From positions 3,296,001-3,360,000 of the forward strand of contig OY760907.1 of NCBI GenBank assembly GCA_963664195.1: a DNA stretch of 64,000 bases, read 5' to 3'. Each line of letters opens with the position of its first letter. Position 1 is the first letter of the stretch. This stretch comes from an uncultured candidate division Zixibacteria bacterium (GTDB taxonomy: Bacteria > Zixibacteria > MSB-5A5 > GN15 > FEB-12). The notes under the pieces were generated by a model. That model had not been told where the DNA came from and did no database searches. It saw nothing but the letters and a program-made list of their open reading frames with translations. This document shows, piece after piece, positions 40,713 to 50,109 of this stretch. The translations under genes and the position numbers were made by a program.

Positions 40713-40987
40713 GTACTTCTTTGTGGCGCGTGTGGTGCTTATACTTTCCGCTCACACGCATGGTGAGAGCCTACCCGTTCCGGGTTCGGCACGGCGGAGT
40801 GTCCGGGAACACACCGTCGTTGCCGGACCGGGCGGGGATTCATAGCCCCCCCGGGCAGAGGATGGCATGTTGGTGCACGTGTTCTGGCTGCACATATGAT
40901 GGAGGACACAGAAATTCTCGACCTTCATCCATAGAAGAAGGGAGGTGTTACACCTGATTCACTTCTGAAAGTGAGTGATTGGCGGAA

Positions 40988-41260
40988 ATGTTTCTTGAAC
41001 TTGAAAGGCAAAAGAGATTAGTTGTACTAAGATTCATTCAAAGCGGCATGCTTAAGGCAGTCTAGCTGGCAGCGGCAGCGTTTCCGGGCTGCAAGTTGGA
41101 TTTCCATATGGAGAATGGTCATTGGGAACCTTGGTCAACCCCAAACACACACAGGACGGAACGGTGCTGCGAATCTGGTGGACACGAATGTGTGGTTGAT
41201 GGCCATCTGGGGATAGACTGGCCAGGAGACTCACATGACAACCTCATCAGACCTCATTAA
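40988..41260 (+). pseudogene. Small Cys/His-rich peptide gene interrupted by TAG at 41063-41065
   Basis: One frame reads MFLELERQKRLVVLRFIQSGMLKAV*LAAAAFPGCKLDFHMENGHWEPWSTPNTHRTERCCESGGHECVVDGHLGIDWPGDSHDNLIRPH*; followed by a hairpin. Confidence 0.45.
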
Positions 41261-41285
41261 GACTCCCGAACTGAGATAAGGGCAA

Positions 41286-41316
41286 GCGGGCCTGTCAGCC
41301 ATCGGGACAGGTCCGC
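41286..41316 (+). terminator. Stem-loop after the peptide gene
   Basis: GCGGGCCTGTC-N9-GACAGGTCCGC; no strong U tract, so possibly an mRNA-stabilising hairpin. Confidence 0.45.
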
Positions 41317-41328
41317 ATAAACAGTGCA

Positions 41329-41355
41329 GTCGAAACTGCAGGAGTTTCGACCTAC
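41329..41355 (-). repeat. GTAG-type REP, family B
   Basis: Reverse complement GTAGGTCGAAACTCCTGCAGTTTCGAC; one difference from the 17331 copy. Confidence 0.8.
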
Positions 41356-41433
41356 TGCTGTAGCTGCCGAGACTCCAGGCAGGCCCGCACAAGATCGACA
41401 GGCCACACTCATAATTGGAGGGTACAGGCGTAT

Positions 41434-42519
41434 ATGAGGACGATAGTCATACTGCTTACACTGGTCGCCAGCATTCTGGCTGTTCCTGATGCCGGGGCCG
41501 AGACTCTCACGGTTGTTGAGCGCAGGTTTCAGGCGATGGACAACCTCACGGGTTGCCCTAGTAGTCTGTCAGCGATCAAACTTGGGGGCGACAGCCTGAT
41601 GCACAGCTCATATCTAGGAGTGTTTGTGCAGCCGGACAGCATGCAGCCCTGGGAGAAGGTGATTGACTGCGTAGATGATTATGAGGCTATCTCTTATTAT
41701 GATCGATGTTACTCGCATAAGAAACTCAAGCAGTTGGTTCGACCCGAGGGATTGTGGCGCGTTCCCGAGACGAACGAAATCATCGTTTTTGATGCATACT
41801 GCGATTGGCTGTACTCGCTTCATCTGGGAACAGACCGGGACAGCTATGTCAAGTTGTGGTCTGATAGAGTGAAGGATGATCAGTTCAATGCCGTGAGCAT
41901 TCAGAACGGCCTTATTCTGTGTGGATTACCTCGATATCTGGGGGACAGGGCACTTGCTATCCAATCAGTACACATGACACGCTACGACAAGGTATTCGAG
42001 TATTCGGAGCGGTTGGCACAAAGACTCGATTCTGTCGGCATAGGCATCGGAAATCCCTTCTGCTATCCGGCTTTCAATCCTCATGACAGCACGCTGTGGC
42101 TGGCAATCTACGGATACGATTTCATATATATCACGGATATGACAGGGCACGTTCAAGACAGCCTGCCAATCGATGCATCAGACTACATAGTGCCGCCTCA
42201 GATAAAATCTCGTATTGCCTCCAACGCTGTTGCTGTAGAATGGTGGCGACAGTGGACTCAGACAAGGTCATTGCACTACGCCGCCCCCGGATACTTCCTC
42301 CTGCAATACGACATCGGACTCCAGGAGATTGAAGGCATTGCATTCCGACAACATTCCACGGTAGTCTGGAAGGCTGACGGCGAGAAAGTGCCTCTGGAGG
42401 TCAGCAAACGCTGGGTGTTGGCCGGAGTCGAGCCTGATGGTGAGATCATTTTCTCCTGCTACGAGACAGATGGCGAGCAATCAGGGATCGCGTTTTACAT
42501 AACGAGGATTCAACCATGA
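41434..42519 (+). CDS. Secreted protein, probable 6-bladed beta-propeller
   Basis: GGAGG RBS, signal peptide, repeated beta-strand blocks (IIVFD, LWLAIYGYDFIYITDMTGHVQDSL, VVWKADGEKV). Confidence 0.65.
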   Translation: MRTIVILLTLVASILAVPDAGAETLTVVERRFQAMDNLTGCPSSLSAIKLGGDSLMHSSYLGVFVQPDSMQPWEKVIDCVDDYEAISYYDRCYSHKKLKQLVRPEGLWRVPETNEIIVFDAYCDWLYSLHLGTDRDSYVKLWSDRVKDDQFNAVSIQNGLILCGLPRYLGDRALAIQSVHMTRYDKVFEYSERLAQRLDSVGIGIGNPFCYPAFNPHDSTLWLAIYGYDFIYITDMTGHVQDSLPIDASDYIVPPQIKSRIASNAVAVEWWRQWTQTRSLHYAAPGYFLLQYDIGLQEIEGIAFRQHSTVVWKADGEKVPLEVSKRWVLAGVEPDGEIIFSCYETDGEQSGIAFYITRIQP

Positions 42520-43028
42520 AAGCGAGTCACAGGTCACTGATGAAAGTTGTCGCGTGTGTCCTGCTGCTACTCGTCCCGATGCTCGTGGGATGGGCGGTAT
42601 CGAAGGATCACAACCAACCGATCTTTCTCCACTCGGTATTGGGCGAACTTCCAGCCGGTCAGGAAACATATCACTTACTCATCTACATTGACATTGACGC
42701 CTGCCTCGCCTGCACTGAAGACATGGCCGCCTGGATTGAACTCGAAAACGAGTTGCCAAAACATGGTTGTTCGTTTTCGCTTTGGGCGCCGCCCGCCGAT
42801 TCATTTGACGTAGCCTACGCGATGGAGCTTGAGGGCCTCAAGACACCGGTGCGGACTCTCTCGATGTCGACGCTGAAAGATCTCGGGTGGGCCGACAGCA
42901 GGACGCCCATACGCGCATTGCTCGACGATTCCGGATGCGCCTTTCACATCCAGGGACCGATGGGGCATCCGGATCAATCACGGAAGTACGCTGCACGACT
43001 ACTGGAGGAGATATGCTCACACGAATGA
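42516..43028 (+). CDS. Exported thioredoxin-fold (TlpA/redoxin-like) protein with CxxC
   Basis: Signal/anchor helix, LLIYIDIDA-CLAC, later TPIRALLDDSG (cis-Pro strand); ATGA coupling. Confidence 0.75.
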   Translation: MKASHRSLMKVVACVLLLLVPMLVGWAVSKDHNQPIFLHSVLGELPAGQETYHLLIYIDIDACLACTEDMAAWIELENELPKHGCSFSLWAPPADSFDVAYAMELEGLKTPVRTLSMSTLKDLGWADSRTPIRALLDDSGCAFHIQGPMGHPDQSRKYAARLLEEICSHE

Positions 43029-43573
43029 GAAGGCGCATTCTGGTCAGTAGTATTCTCGCGACGTTCTGTCTGCTAGAGACGGGTTGCATGTGGCTCCCAC
43101 GCCGTCCCGAGTATCGCCTCCACCTGGCTGACGCACAACCGGGCATTGCGCGCCTGTTGGAATCCTACCCTGCTACCTTTGACCATGGGATGACGTTGGT
43201 CACTTTTCTTGATCGCCGTCCCTGAGGCCTCAGCTATCTGGAGTCCCCGTGTTGGGACGATTGGCAGCAAGGCATGACAGACCGTGGACTGGGGTTTGTC
43301 TTCGTAACGACCGACATCGATTCCTCTGGCGTGGTGTGGGCGGCGCATCTCGAAGGTGTTCACGCGCCCGTACTGGTAGTGGACTGGTATGACGATTTTT
43401 TTGAGGAACTCGACCTTCCACCGGGACTGGCACCGCTTCACTTCCTGATCGACTCCACTGCAGCCATTCATGGCGGGTGGAGTGCTCAGCTTTTCAACGA
43501 GGAGTGCTGCGAGAAGCTCCTTGGCGTGGTCGACCTGTGGGTTCCGGCCTCAGACAGCCTTGGCCATCAATGA
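43025..43573 (+). CDS. Thioredoxin-fold lipoprotein with in-frame TGA at 43223-43225 (selenoprotein candidate or pseudogene; alternative start 43013)
   Basis: The ORF ending at 43225 and the ORF 43274-43573 share a frame and are joined by a single TGA; LVTFLDRRP-[TGA]-GLS aligns with LIYIDIDA-C-LAC of the neighbour; APLHFLIDSTA aligns with TPIRALLDDSG. Confidence 0.7.
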
Positions 43574-43846
43574 CCAAAAATTCCGGCTGGGGCTGTTCCT
43601 TCCACCGAGTGAAAAACACGCCAAGTCACCTCCTCCCTCTGTACGAGCGCACCGGGATATCGAATCGGCAGGTCCCGTCTTGCCTCTCTCGAATTTCGTT
43701 CCCCGGACGTCTTCTGTCTACTTGTTGCGGTCTGAGACAGCACCTGACGTACTTCCATTAGGGCCCATTAACTCCGGTCTATCAGACCCGATACCACTGC
43801 TTTGAAGTCGCAAACCTTCGGGTCAGCAAAGGAACGGATTAGAGTC

Positions 43847-44602
43847 ATGTGCGTACGTATCATAATCAACGCCGATGACCTCGGATTCAGCGTCGCCGTG
43901 AACGACGCCATCTTCGGTCTGGTAGCCAAAAGGCTTGTGACGTCGGCAACGATCCTGGCCAACGCCCCCGGTACAGCTGATGCTCTCGCGCGACTGTCCG
44001 AATTCCCTTCCTGTTCGTTTGGCGCTCACCTCAACGTCATGTCGTTCGCACCGCTGACAGAAGCGGCCGCTTTCAACGGCCTGCTTAGTGACGACGGTGA
44101 TTTTGAAGGAACATTCGATCGCGATCCTCTTCCCCACACAGTGCGAACGGCTATTCGCGAGGAGTGGTGTGCGCAGGTCGCTTTCCTGTTGGACCGGGGA
44201 GTCGCGGTGAGTCACCTTGACTCTCATTATCATATTCACACTCGGCCCAGGTTGTTCTTCGCATTCAAGTCTGTGCAGAAGCGGTTTGGAATCCGTCGAG
44301 CGCGGTTGACAAAGAATCTATACTCTGCGGCCGTTCCGCCGACCTCGACAACCCTTGCTGTAAAGAAGAAGCTCTGGAATCTTGCCCTCGCGCGCTACTT
44401 CGCTACGACCACAACTGACCGTTTCACTGAATTCGGCACATTCATGGAAGTCGCCCGTGAGGTGCCCTGGTCCGATCAAACTGTTGAGCTGATGACTCAT
44501 CCCGGCAGCGCTCTCTGCGCCAAGGAGACAATGATGCTGGAGGCATTTCAACCGGGTGAGCTGCCGTTTGAGGCCCGGCTGATTAGCTATGATGAACTGT
44601 GA
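43847..44602 (+). CDS. ChbG/HpnK (YdjC-family) carbohydrate deacetylase
   Basis: IINADDLG, VTSATILAN, GAHLN, SHLDSHYHIH, ELMTHPG. Confidence 0.92.
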   Translation: MCVRIIINADDLGFSVAVNDAIFGLVAKRLVTSATILANAPGTADALARLSEFPSCSFGAHLNVMSFAPLTEAAAFNGLLSDDGDFEGTFDRDPLPHTVRTAIREEWCAQVAFLLDRGVAVSHLDSHYHIHTRPRLFFAFKSVQKRFGIRRARLTKNLYSAAVPPTSTTLAVKKKLWNLALARYFATTTTDRFTEFGTFMEVAREVPWSDQTVELMTHPGSALCAKETMMLEAFQPGELPFEARLISYDEL

Positions 44603-44623
44603 GCCGATCATATCGCGTCCAGG

Positions 44624-45832
44624 ATGTTCTCTATGACCTTCGTTGATTACATTGAGATGGTTCTGCTCGTGAGCTTATCACTGGGCGTCCTCTACCTGTA
44701 CTTCCTTGCCGCAGTTGGTATCTTTGGCAAACGGAGATTATCCTCGCCTTCGAGAGACTGCGCGATTCGCATTCTTGTGCCGGCCTACAACGAAGAGGCC
44801 GGTATTGCAGACACCCTGGCGAGTCTGCAGAAACTTGAACCGGCCGGCTGGGTTGAGATCGTTGTCATCGCTGACAACTGCACGGACCGAACCGCCGAGA
44901 TAGCACGAGCGTACGGCGTGCGTGTACTCGAAAGAGCCGATCCAGATCACCGGGGCAAGGGCGAGGCTCTTGAATGGGCCATCGACCAGTGCGGACTTGA
45001 TGATTGCGATGTCGTGCTAGTAACCGATGCCGATACCGAGGTGGAGTCAAACGCGCTGCGGGTGATCGCGGCCGCAGTAGAGAGCGGAGCGGGGGTCGTA
45101 CAACTCAACCTGGAGGTATCGGCAGGCTGTGGAGCGCCGCTGGCCCGCCTTCAAAACATAGCGAATGCCGTCGAAAACCGGTACTTCTATCACGGGCGTT
45201 CTCTGCTGCACCTGCCCGTTCTTCTCCGCGGATCAGGCATGGCATTCACTTCCGGCGTTTTGCGCAACTACCCATTCCGTTCTCACTCGATTACAGAAGA
45301 CTCGGATTTCGCCGTCGATTTGATGCGTGGCGGCGTCCGGGTCGATTACGTCATGGAGAGCACGATCAGTACAGCGGCGACATCGACATACTACCAGAGC
45401 CAGGCTCAACGCGATCGCTGGGCTTCGGGCATCTTCAGTATTATCAAGTCTCGCACGATGCCCCTGCTGCGGACCGGATTGGCGACGGGCAGATTCGGCC
45501 TGGTCGAGTCAGCCTCCAGTCTCTTCCTGCTCAGTAGATTAACCATGATCTATCTCGCTGCGATCTGCATGATGCTCTCGCTCGGCTGTTCGGTCGGGCA
45601 CCGGATTCCCTTTCTCATCTGGAGCGATCTGCTATGCATTCTGATAGTTCTGTACTTGATCTCCGGAATTCTCCTTGTCAAAGAAAAGAAGGCGGCACTT
45701 GAGTCCCTGCTGTATGCTCCGGCCTTCGGCATCTGGCTTTTTGCAGTTCAGGCCAGAGCTTTGTTTGGTCGTAAGGATCACAAGTGGGTCAGAACCGAGC
45801 GCGAGAGCAGGACAGGAGTGCTCAAGGACTGA
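44624..45832 (+). CDS. Family 2 membrane glycosyltransferase (CesA-like)
   Basis: VPAYNEE, ADNCTDRT, GKGEAL, DAD, TED, QRDRW, C-terminal TMs. Confidence 0.93.
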   Translation: MFSMTFVDYIEMVLLVSLSLGVLYLYFLAAVGIFGKRRLSSPSRDCAIRILVPAYNEEAGIADTLASLQKLEPAGWVEIVVIADNCTDRTAEIARAYGVRVLERADPDHRGKGEALEWAIDQCGLDDCDVVLVTDADTEVESNALRVIAAAVESGAGVVQLNLEVSAGCGAPLARLQNIANAVENRYFYHGRSLLHLPVLLRGSGMAFTSGVLRNYPFRSHSITEDSDFAVDLMRGGVRVDYVMESTISTAATSTYYQSQAQRDRWASGIFSIIKSRTMPLLRTGLATGRFGLVESASSLFLLSRLTMIYLAAICMMLSLGCSVGHRIPFLIWSDLLCILIVLYLISGILLVKEKKAALESLLYAPAFGIWLFAVQARALFGRKDHKWVRTERESRTGVLKD

Positions 45833-45974
45833 TCGGCAAGAAAACACTCCGAGCGCCGCTTTCTTCTGAAAACTCAATCTCGCCCTTCATCAGCTTTCTG
45901 GAATCAGTGGTCTGCTGCGGGCCACAGTGCTGTTCCTGAATCCTACCGCCTCTGCAAAAACGACACTCGGAAAG

Positions 45975-46002
45975 AATCAGGCGGTCCGGAGACCGCCTGA
46001 TT
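45975..46002. terminator. Terminator hairpin between convergent genes
   Basis: AATCAGGCGGTC-CGGA-GACCGCCTGATT, perfect 12-bp stem. Confidence 0.7.
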
Positions 46003-46076
46003 GTGAAGGTACTATTGCTTGAGAGAGCGTCACCTTCGACATAGGGAACTGTCGCTCTACTCGACTCAGCGTGTGC

Positions 46077-49000
46077 CTATTTGAGCAACAGCATCTTCTT
46101 TGTCTCTGTAAACTCACCCGCCTCCAGGCGATACAGGTAGACACCGCTCGCCTGAGCCGAGGCATCCCATGAACCGCTGTGCCGACCGGCCGGCAACTGA
46201 GCGTCGATGACGGTTGCCACCCGCTGACCAAGAATGTTGAACACTTCCAGTTTGACGTGTGTCGCTGTCGGAAGCGCAAACGGAATATCTGTCGTCGGGT
46301 TAAACGGGTTCGGATAGTTTTCCGACAGCCTGAACGTCAGCGACTCATCGTCAACCAACTGCTGCTCCTCATGCGGATGTGGAACGTCAACATACTGAAG
46401 GGCAAACACCGGTCCCCAGTCATCCGAGCCAACGGCGCGCACCTGCCAGTAGTAGATTGTCGTATCCTCTCCTGTCAGTTCGTTCACCAGTCTGTAACTA
46501 TTGCCGGCCACAAAAGCTGTCTCGAGAACGGTCTCGAATGTCAGCTTGTCCGAGATGCGGAACTCACCCGTTGCCTCATCAGCCATGGGAAGACTACTCT
46601 GGTGAGTATCGGTGTCAGCCAGCGTGCGATCCTCAAGAACGTTGTCGGAATTCCGATACGCCGGTGGATCCGGAATAGGAAGGATATTCACAATCCCGTC
46701 ATCCCACGTGAACTCAGGGCGATACTCGACGGTGGCAGCACCCTGCACTGGCGAGATAGGAGAGTTTCCTTCCGGAAAAATCGGGAACGTATAACCGGAA
46801 CCGGAGGTCGACTGGTCCCTGGCAATCACGTAGCGTTCACTGCCGAGGCTGTATTCAAGCGAGAACAGCGCTGACTCTTCCCCGCTCTGCAAGTTGCCCA
46901 CTATGAGGTCGTAGCGACCAGAGCCAACGGACGGCACGGTTGCGGTAGCGTCCAAATGAGAGTCACCGTCGAGGTTGCGACGATAGATCGAACCCGAGAC
47001 GATACCGTTTGAAACTGCACTCAACCTTGCCTCATTCGGTGCAACGATTTCGATATCAGCGTTGTTTCGAACGGCAACCTGTAGAAGACCGGTTGATTGA
47101 TCCATGGGATTTAGTGAGTTCCGGAAGAGATGGAGAGATGATACAGGCGCCCCGAGGACGGTCTGTATTGCAGAAACCACGATGTCGATGTCACCGTCGA
47201 TGTCGATATCCATGCAATCGATCTGACAAGGTTCGTAGCCGGACATATCCATCCGCATCTCGTCAGTGAATTGGCCCAGACCGTTTCCGAATACTACCCC
47301 GACATACTCCTCGCTTTCGTTGATGAAGGCAATGTCCAGCAAGCCGTCATTGTTGACATCCGCCGGACTTGTTTTGGACACGATTCCGCGGAATGTACGG
47401 ACGACCTGCTGATTGAATGAGCCGTCGCCATAGCCCAGATACACTCTCAGTCGGCTCATCTCTCCTCCGATAACCGGAGAAGCAATACACAGATCAAAGA
47501 GTCCGTCGCCGTTGAAATCAGTGCCCGCGCCAGTAACTTCGATATCCGGCATGGAGAACGGCACAGAATACGAGTTGGCCAGCACGTAGTTGGCACCCAG
47601 GAGGTTCATGTATATCTCAATGCCCTCGTATGTTCCGATCGCAAGATCATCTAAACCGTCGTCGTTGAAGTCTGCACTGTTGACAGACATAGGCGCGCCG
47701 CCAGCGGCAAACGTCAGCGACTGGGTGAAACCGCCATCTGCCGATCCCGCGTACACTGTCACTCCGGTTGTGGTCGCAACCACATAGTCAAGGTAAGCGT
47801 CGCCGTTGAAATCAGCCATCACGGCACCCTGGACGTTGCCGTCCGGTTTGGCTGCCGTGTTGTCATAGACGGTGAAGGTGTTGTCACCGTTCCCGTGGAA
47901 TACCCAGAGATTGGAGGAGACACAACTGACAGCATCCAGATACGCGTCATCATTGAAGTAACCGGTGGCGATCCCCAGGTTCGAGGACATATCCTCAATG
48001 GCAAACACTTCCTGGAGACTCGTATTGCTGTAGAGATCGTACACGCCGAGTACCTTGTCGGTGCCCCAATAGGTCGATGACATGACTATCTCCGGACGGA
48101 AGTCTCCGTCGAAGTCACCGTGAGTCATCGCAGTTGCATGCTGCGTTCCGTAAGTAGAAGACTTGAGGTAATCAACAATGAAACCGGTCGCCGAAACGAC
48201 CTGAACCGTCGCAGTCTCCGTTGTGCTCAGGCCGGTCTGCAGATCGGTGGCCTCAAACACGGCCTCCCAGACACCGACGTCATTGGCGTCAGGATTCCAG
48301 TAGAAGTCGCCTCCGCTGAAGTCGACCATCGCGACTGGCGCCAAGTGCGGGAAGTCGGGGGTCTCGAAGGAAACTAGTGATAGATCGATGGGATTGCCGC
48401 CCGGTGAATAACCTGTCACTGCGAACGAAATCGCGTCGCCAACGACAGAAACGCCCGGATCAACCACAATCGTATTGATTACCGGCGGCAAAGAGATGGA
48501 ACTCCCCACGCCGATCAAACCAGGGACCACGGTCGGTTCGATGCGATCGCCGCAGTTTGCTCGCAGGCTTGAGCCGACACCGAATCGTTGGTACGGCCCA
48601 ACGATCACATCCCCGGTAGCAAGACCCGTAAGGTACAACTCAGCCACCGGTCCATCACCCGCGGCCAGTTCAAAACCATGAGTATCGTAGGCATAGGCCA
48701 CGATACTGTCGGGAAGAACACCATCAGCAAGAATTGCGCCATACCCCTGCTTGCTGACCAGCGCCGGCGCCATCAGACGGCCCATCCAGCGAAGTGAGTC
48801 GAAGCGCACGTTACCGTTGTTGTAGCTCTCGATATCGAGATACAGTGACAGCCACTTGATCGGTTCATCGTTGAACAGATTGACTGTCACGGGCATGGAT
48901 TCGCCGACGGAAATCTCAGTAGGAGTAATGTAGATCCTGTCAGGCTGGCCCTCGTCGCCGATGCCGGTTCCTCCGCCGCACGAAAGCGGCAGAATGGCAG

Positions 49001-50099
49001 TCAGGATAACCTCGTCAAGCGCAGGAACGAAGTACTCGTTGTACTCACTGCCCACGGGCGAGAACTTCGGATGACTCTCGTTGATCGATCTAAGAGTCAT
49101 TGTGCCGGTCTCGTATGCGGTGAAATAGGCAGTGGCAAGAGTACCGTTGAAATCTGCCGGCAAGGGCGTGCCTTTCATGTAAATCAGCAACGTGTCTCCA
49201 AAGTCACCGTCCTCGTCGCCCCTGAAACTGACAAACCGATCACCCAAAGACGAACCGCAGCCATAGACTACCGAGTCAAGCTGCACCAATGCCGGGACTG
49301 GTTCGATTTCCGCAAACAGCTTGATCCTGATCATATCCAGCGCTTCGTCGTTATAGACTTTGATCGGTACTGGCGTAGACTCCCACATTGCCATATCGGT
49401 GGTCTCCAGAACGACAACATCGGGGGTACCCGGGTCGTCAAGGATTGGCGACTCGATATCTATGACGTCGAAGACTTTCGGCGGACACGCAGGGAAGTAA
49501 TAGTCGTTGCCGAGAGGATCCACGCCAGCTCCCCACAGCTTGGTTTGACCGTTGAGGTTTCTTACTTCGATCTGACCGAGAGACTGACAACTGACGTTGA
49601 TTCTGCTCGCGGTCCAGGGATAATCGTATCCTGATGTGTCGAAGTCCGGGAGGTATTCGTCCGGACTGAGAGCATATCGTCGAAGGATAACCGTATCAGG
49701 CAGCATTCCGTCAGAGACTGTCTGCACCTGAATGTTGGGCAACCAATCCCCCGGCATGCCGCCGGTGAAATGATAGAAATCATCCACGCTGATACTTGCG
49801 CCGTCAAGCGAAACGATTTCGAGCACAAACTCGACTCCTGACAATTCATGATCGACCTTCAAGTCAAGACCAATGCACTGGTTGAGGCCGTCGGGTTGAT
49901 TGCATTCAATAACCGCGTCGTTACCAAAGTGTATGAGCACCGAATCCTGCAATTCGGCATCGTCGGCAGCCTGGGCTGCCGGGGTCATCGCACCCAGGCA
50001 TAGGACCAGGGTCAGAACTACCAGAATAGCACAGCTATTCGCGTTGAGGTTTCCCGCACGGGAAGTCTGATTCGAGTTGCATCTGTTTAGCCGTAGCAT
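46077..50099 (-). CDS. Large secreted protein: cohesin-like repeats, Ig-like domain, FG-GAP/VCBS repeats, T9SS-type-A-like C-terminal domain
   Basis: Signal peptide; repeated 'PIKVYNDE/TVNLFNDE' beta-sandwich units; six or seven DFNGDG-type repeats; ENYPNPFNPTT...ASGVYLYRL...KKMLLLK. Confidence 0.85.
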   Translation of the reverse strand: MLRLNRCNSNQTSRAGNLNANSCAILVVLTLVLCLGAMTPAAQAADDAELQDSVLIHFGNDAVIECNQPDGLNQCIGLDLKVDHELSGVEFVLEIVSLDGASISVDDFYHFTGGMPGDWLPNIQVQTVSDGMLPDTVILRRYALSPDEYLPDFDTSGYDYPWTASRINVSCQSLGQIEVRNLNGQTKLWGAGVDPLGNDYYFPACPPKVFDVIDIESPILDDPGTPDVVVLETTDMAMWESTPVPIKVYNDEALDMIRIKLFAEIEPVPALVQLDSVVYGCGSSLGDRFVSFRGDEDGDFGDTLLIYMKGTPLPADFNGTLATAYFTAYETGTMTLRSINESHPKFSPVGSEYNEYFVPALDEVILTAILPLSCGGGTGIGDEGQPDRIYITPTEISVGESMPVTVNLFNDEPIKWLSLYLDIESYNNGNVRFDSLRWMGRLMAPALVSKQGYGAILADGVLPDSIVAYAYDTHGFELAAGDGPVAELYLTGLATGDVIVGPYQRFGVGSSLRANCGDRIEPTVVPGLIGVGSSISLPPVINTIVVDPGVSVVGDAISFAVTGYSPGGNPIDLSLVSFETPDFPHLAPVAMVDFSGGDFYWNPDANDVGVWEAVFEATDLQTGLSTTETATVQVVSATGFIVDYLKSSTYGTQHATAMTHGDFDGDFRPEIVMSSTYWGTDKVLGVYDLYSNTSLQEVFAIEDMSSNLGIATGYFNDDAYLDAVSCVSSNLWVFHGNGDNTFTVYDNTAAKPDGNVQGAVMADFNGDAYLDYVVATTTGVTVYAGSADGGFTQSLTFAAGGAPMSVNSADFNDDGLDDLAIGTYEGIEIYMNLLGANYVLANSYSVPFSMPDIEVTGAGTDFNGDGLFDLCIASPVIGGEMSRLRVYLGYGDGSFNQQVVRTFRGIVSKTSPADVNNDGLLDIAFINESEEYVGVVFGNGLGQFTDEMRMDMSGYEPCQIDCMDIDIDGDIDIVVSAIQTVLGAPVSSLHLFRNSLNPMDQSTGLLQVAVRNNADIEIVAPNEARLSAVSNGIVSGSIYRRNLDGDSHLDATATVPSVGSGRYDLIVGNLQSGEESALFSLEYSLGSERYVIARDQSTSGSGYTFPIFPEGNSPISPVQGAATVEYRPEFTWDDGIVNILPIPDPPAYRNSDNVLEDRTLADTDTHQSSLPMADEATGEFRISDKLTFETVLETAFVAGNSYRLVNELTGEDTTIYYWQVRAVGSDDWGPVFALQYVDVPHPHEEQQLVDDESLTFRLSENYPNPFNPTTDIPFALPTATHVKLEVFNILGQRVATVIDAQLPAGRHSGSWDASAQASGVYLYRLEAGEFTETKKMLLLK

Positions 50100-50109
50100 G
50101 TCTTTCCTC

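Noticed and set aside
41063..41065. TAG as pyrrolysine or a recoded genetic code
   Set aside because: TAG and TGA terminate many clear genes in the window, no pyl genes are seen, and the codon lies in a signal-like segment
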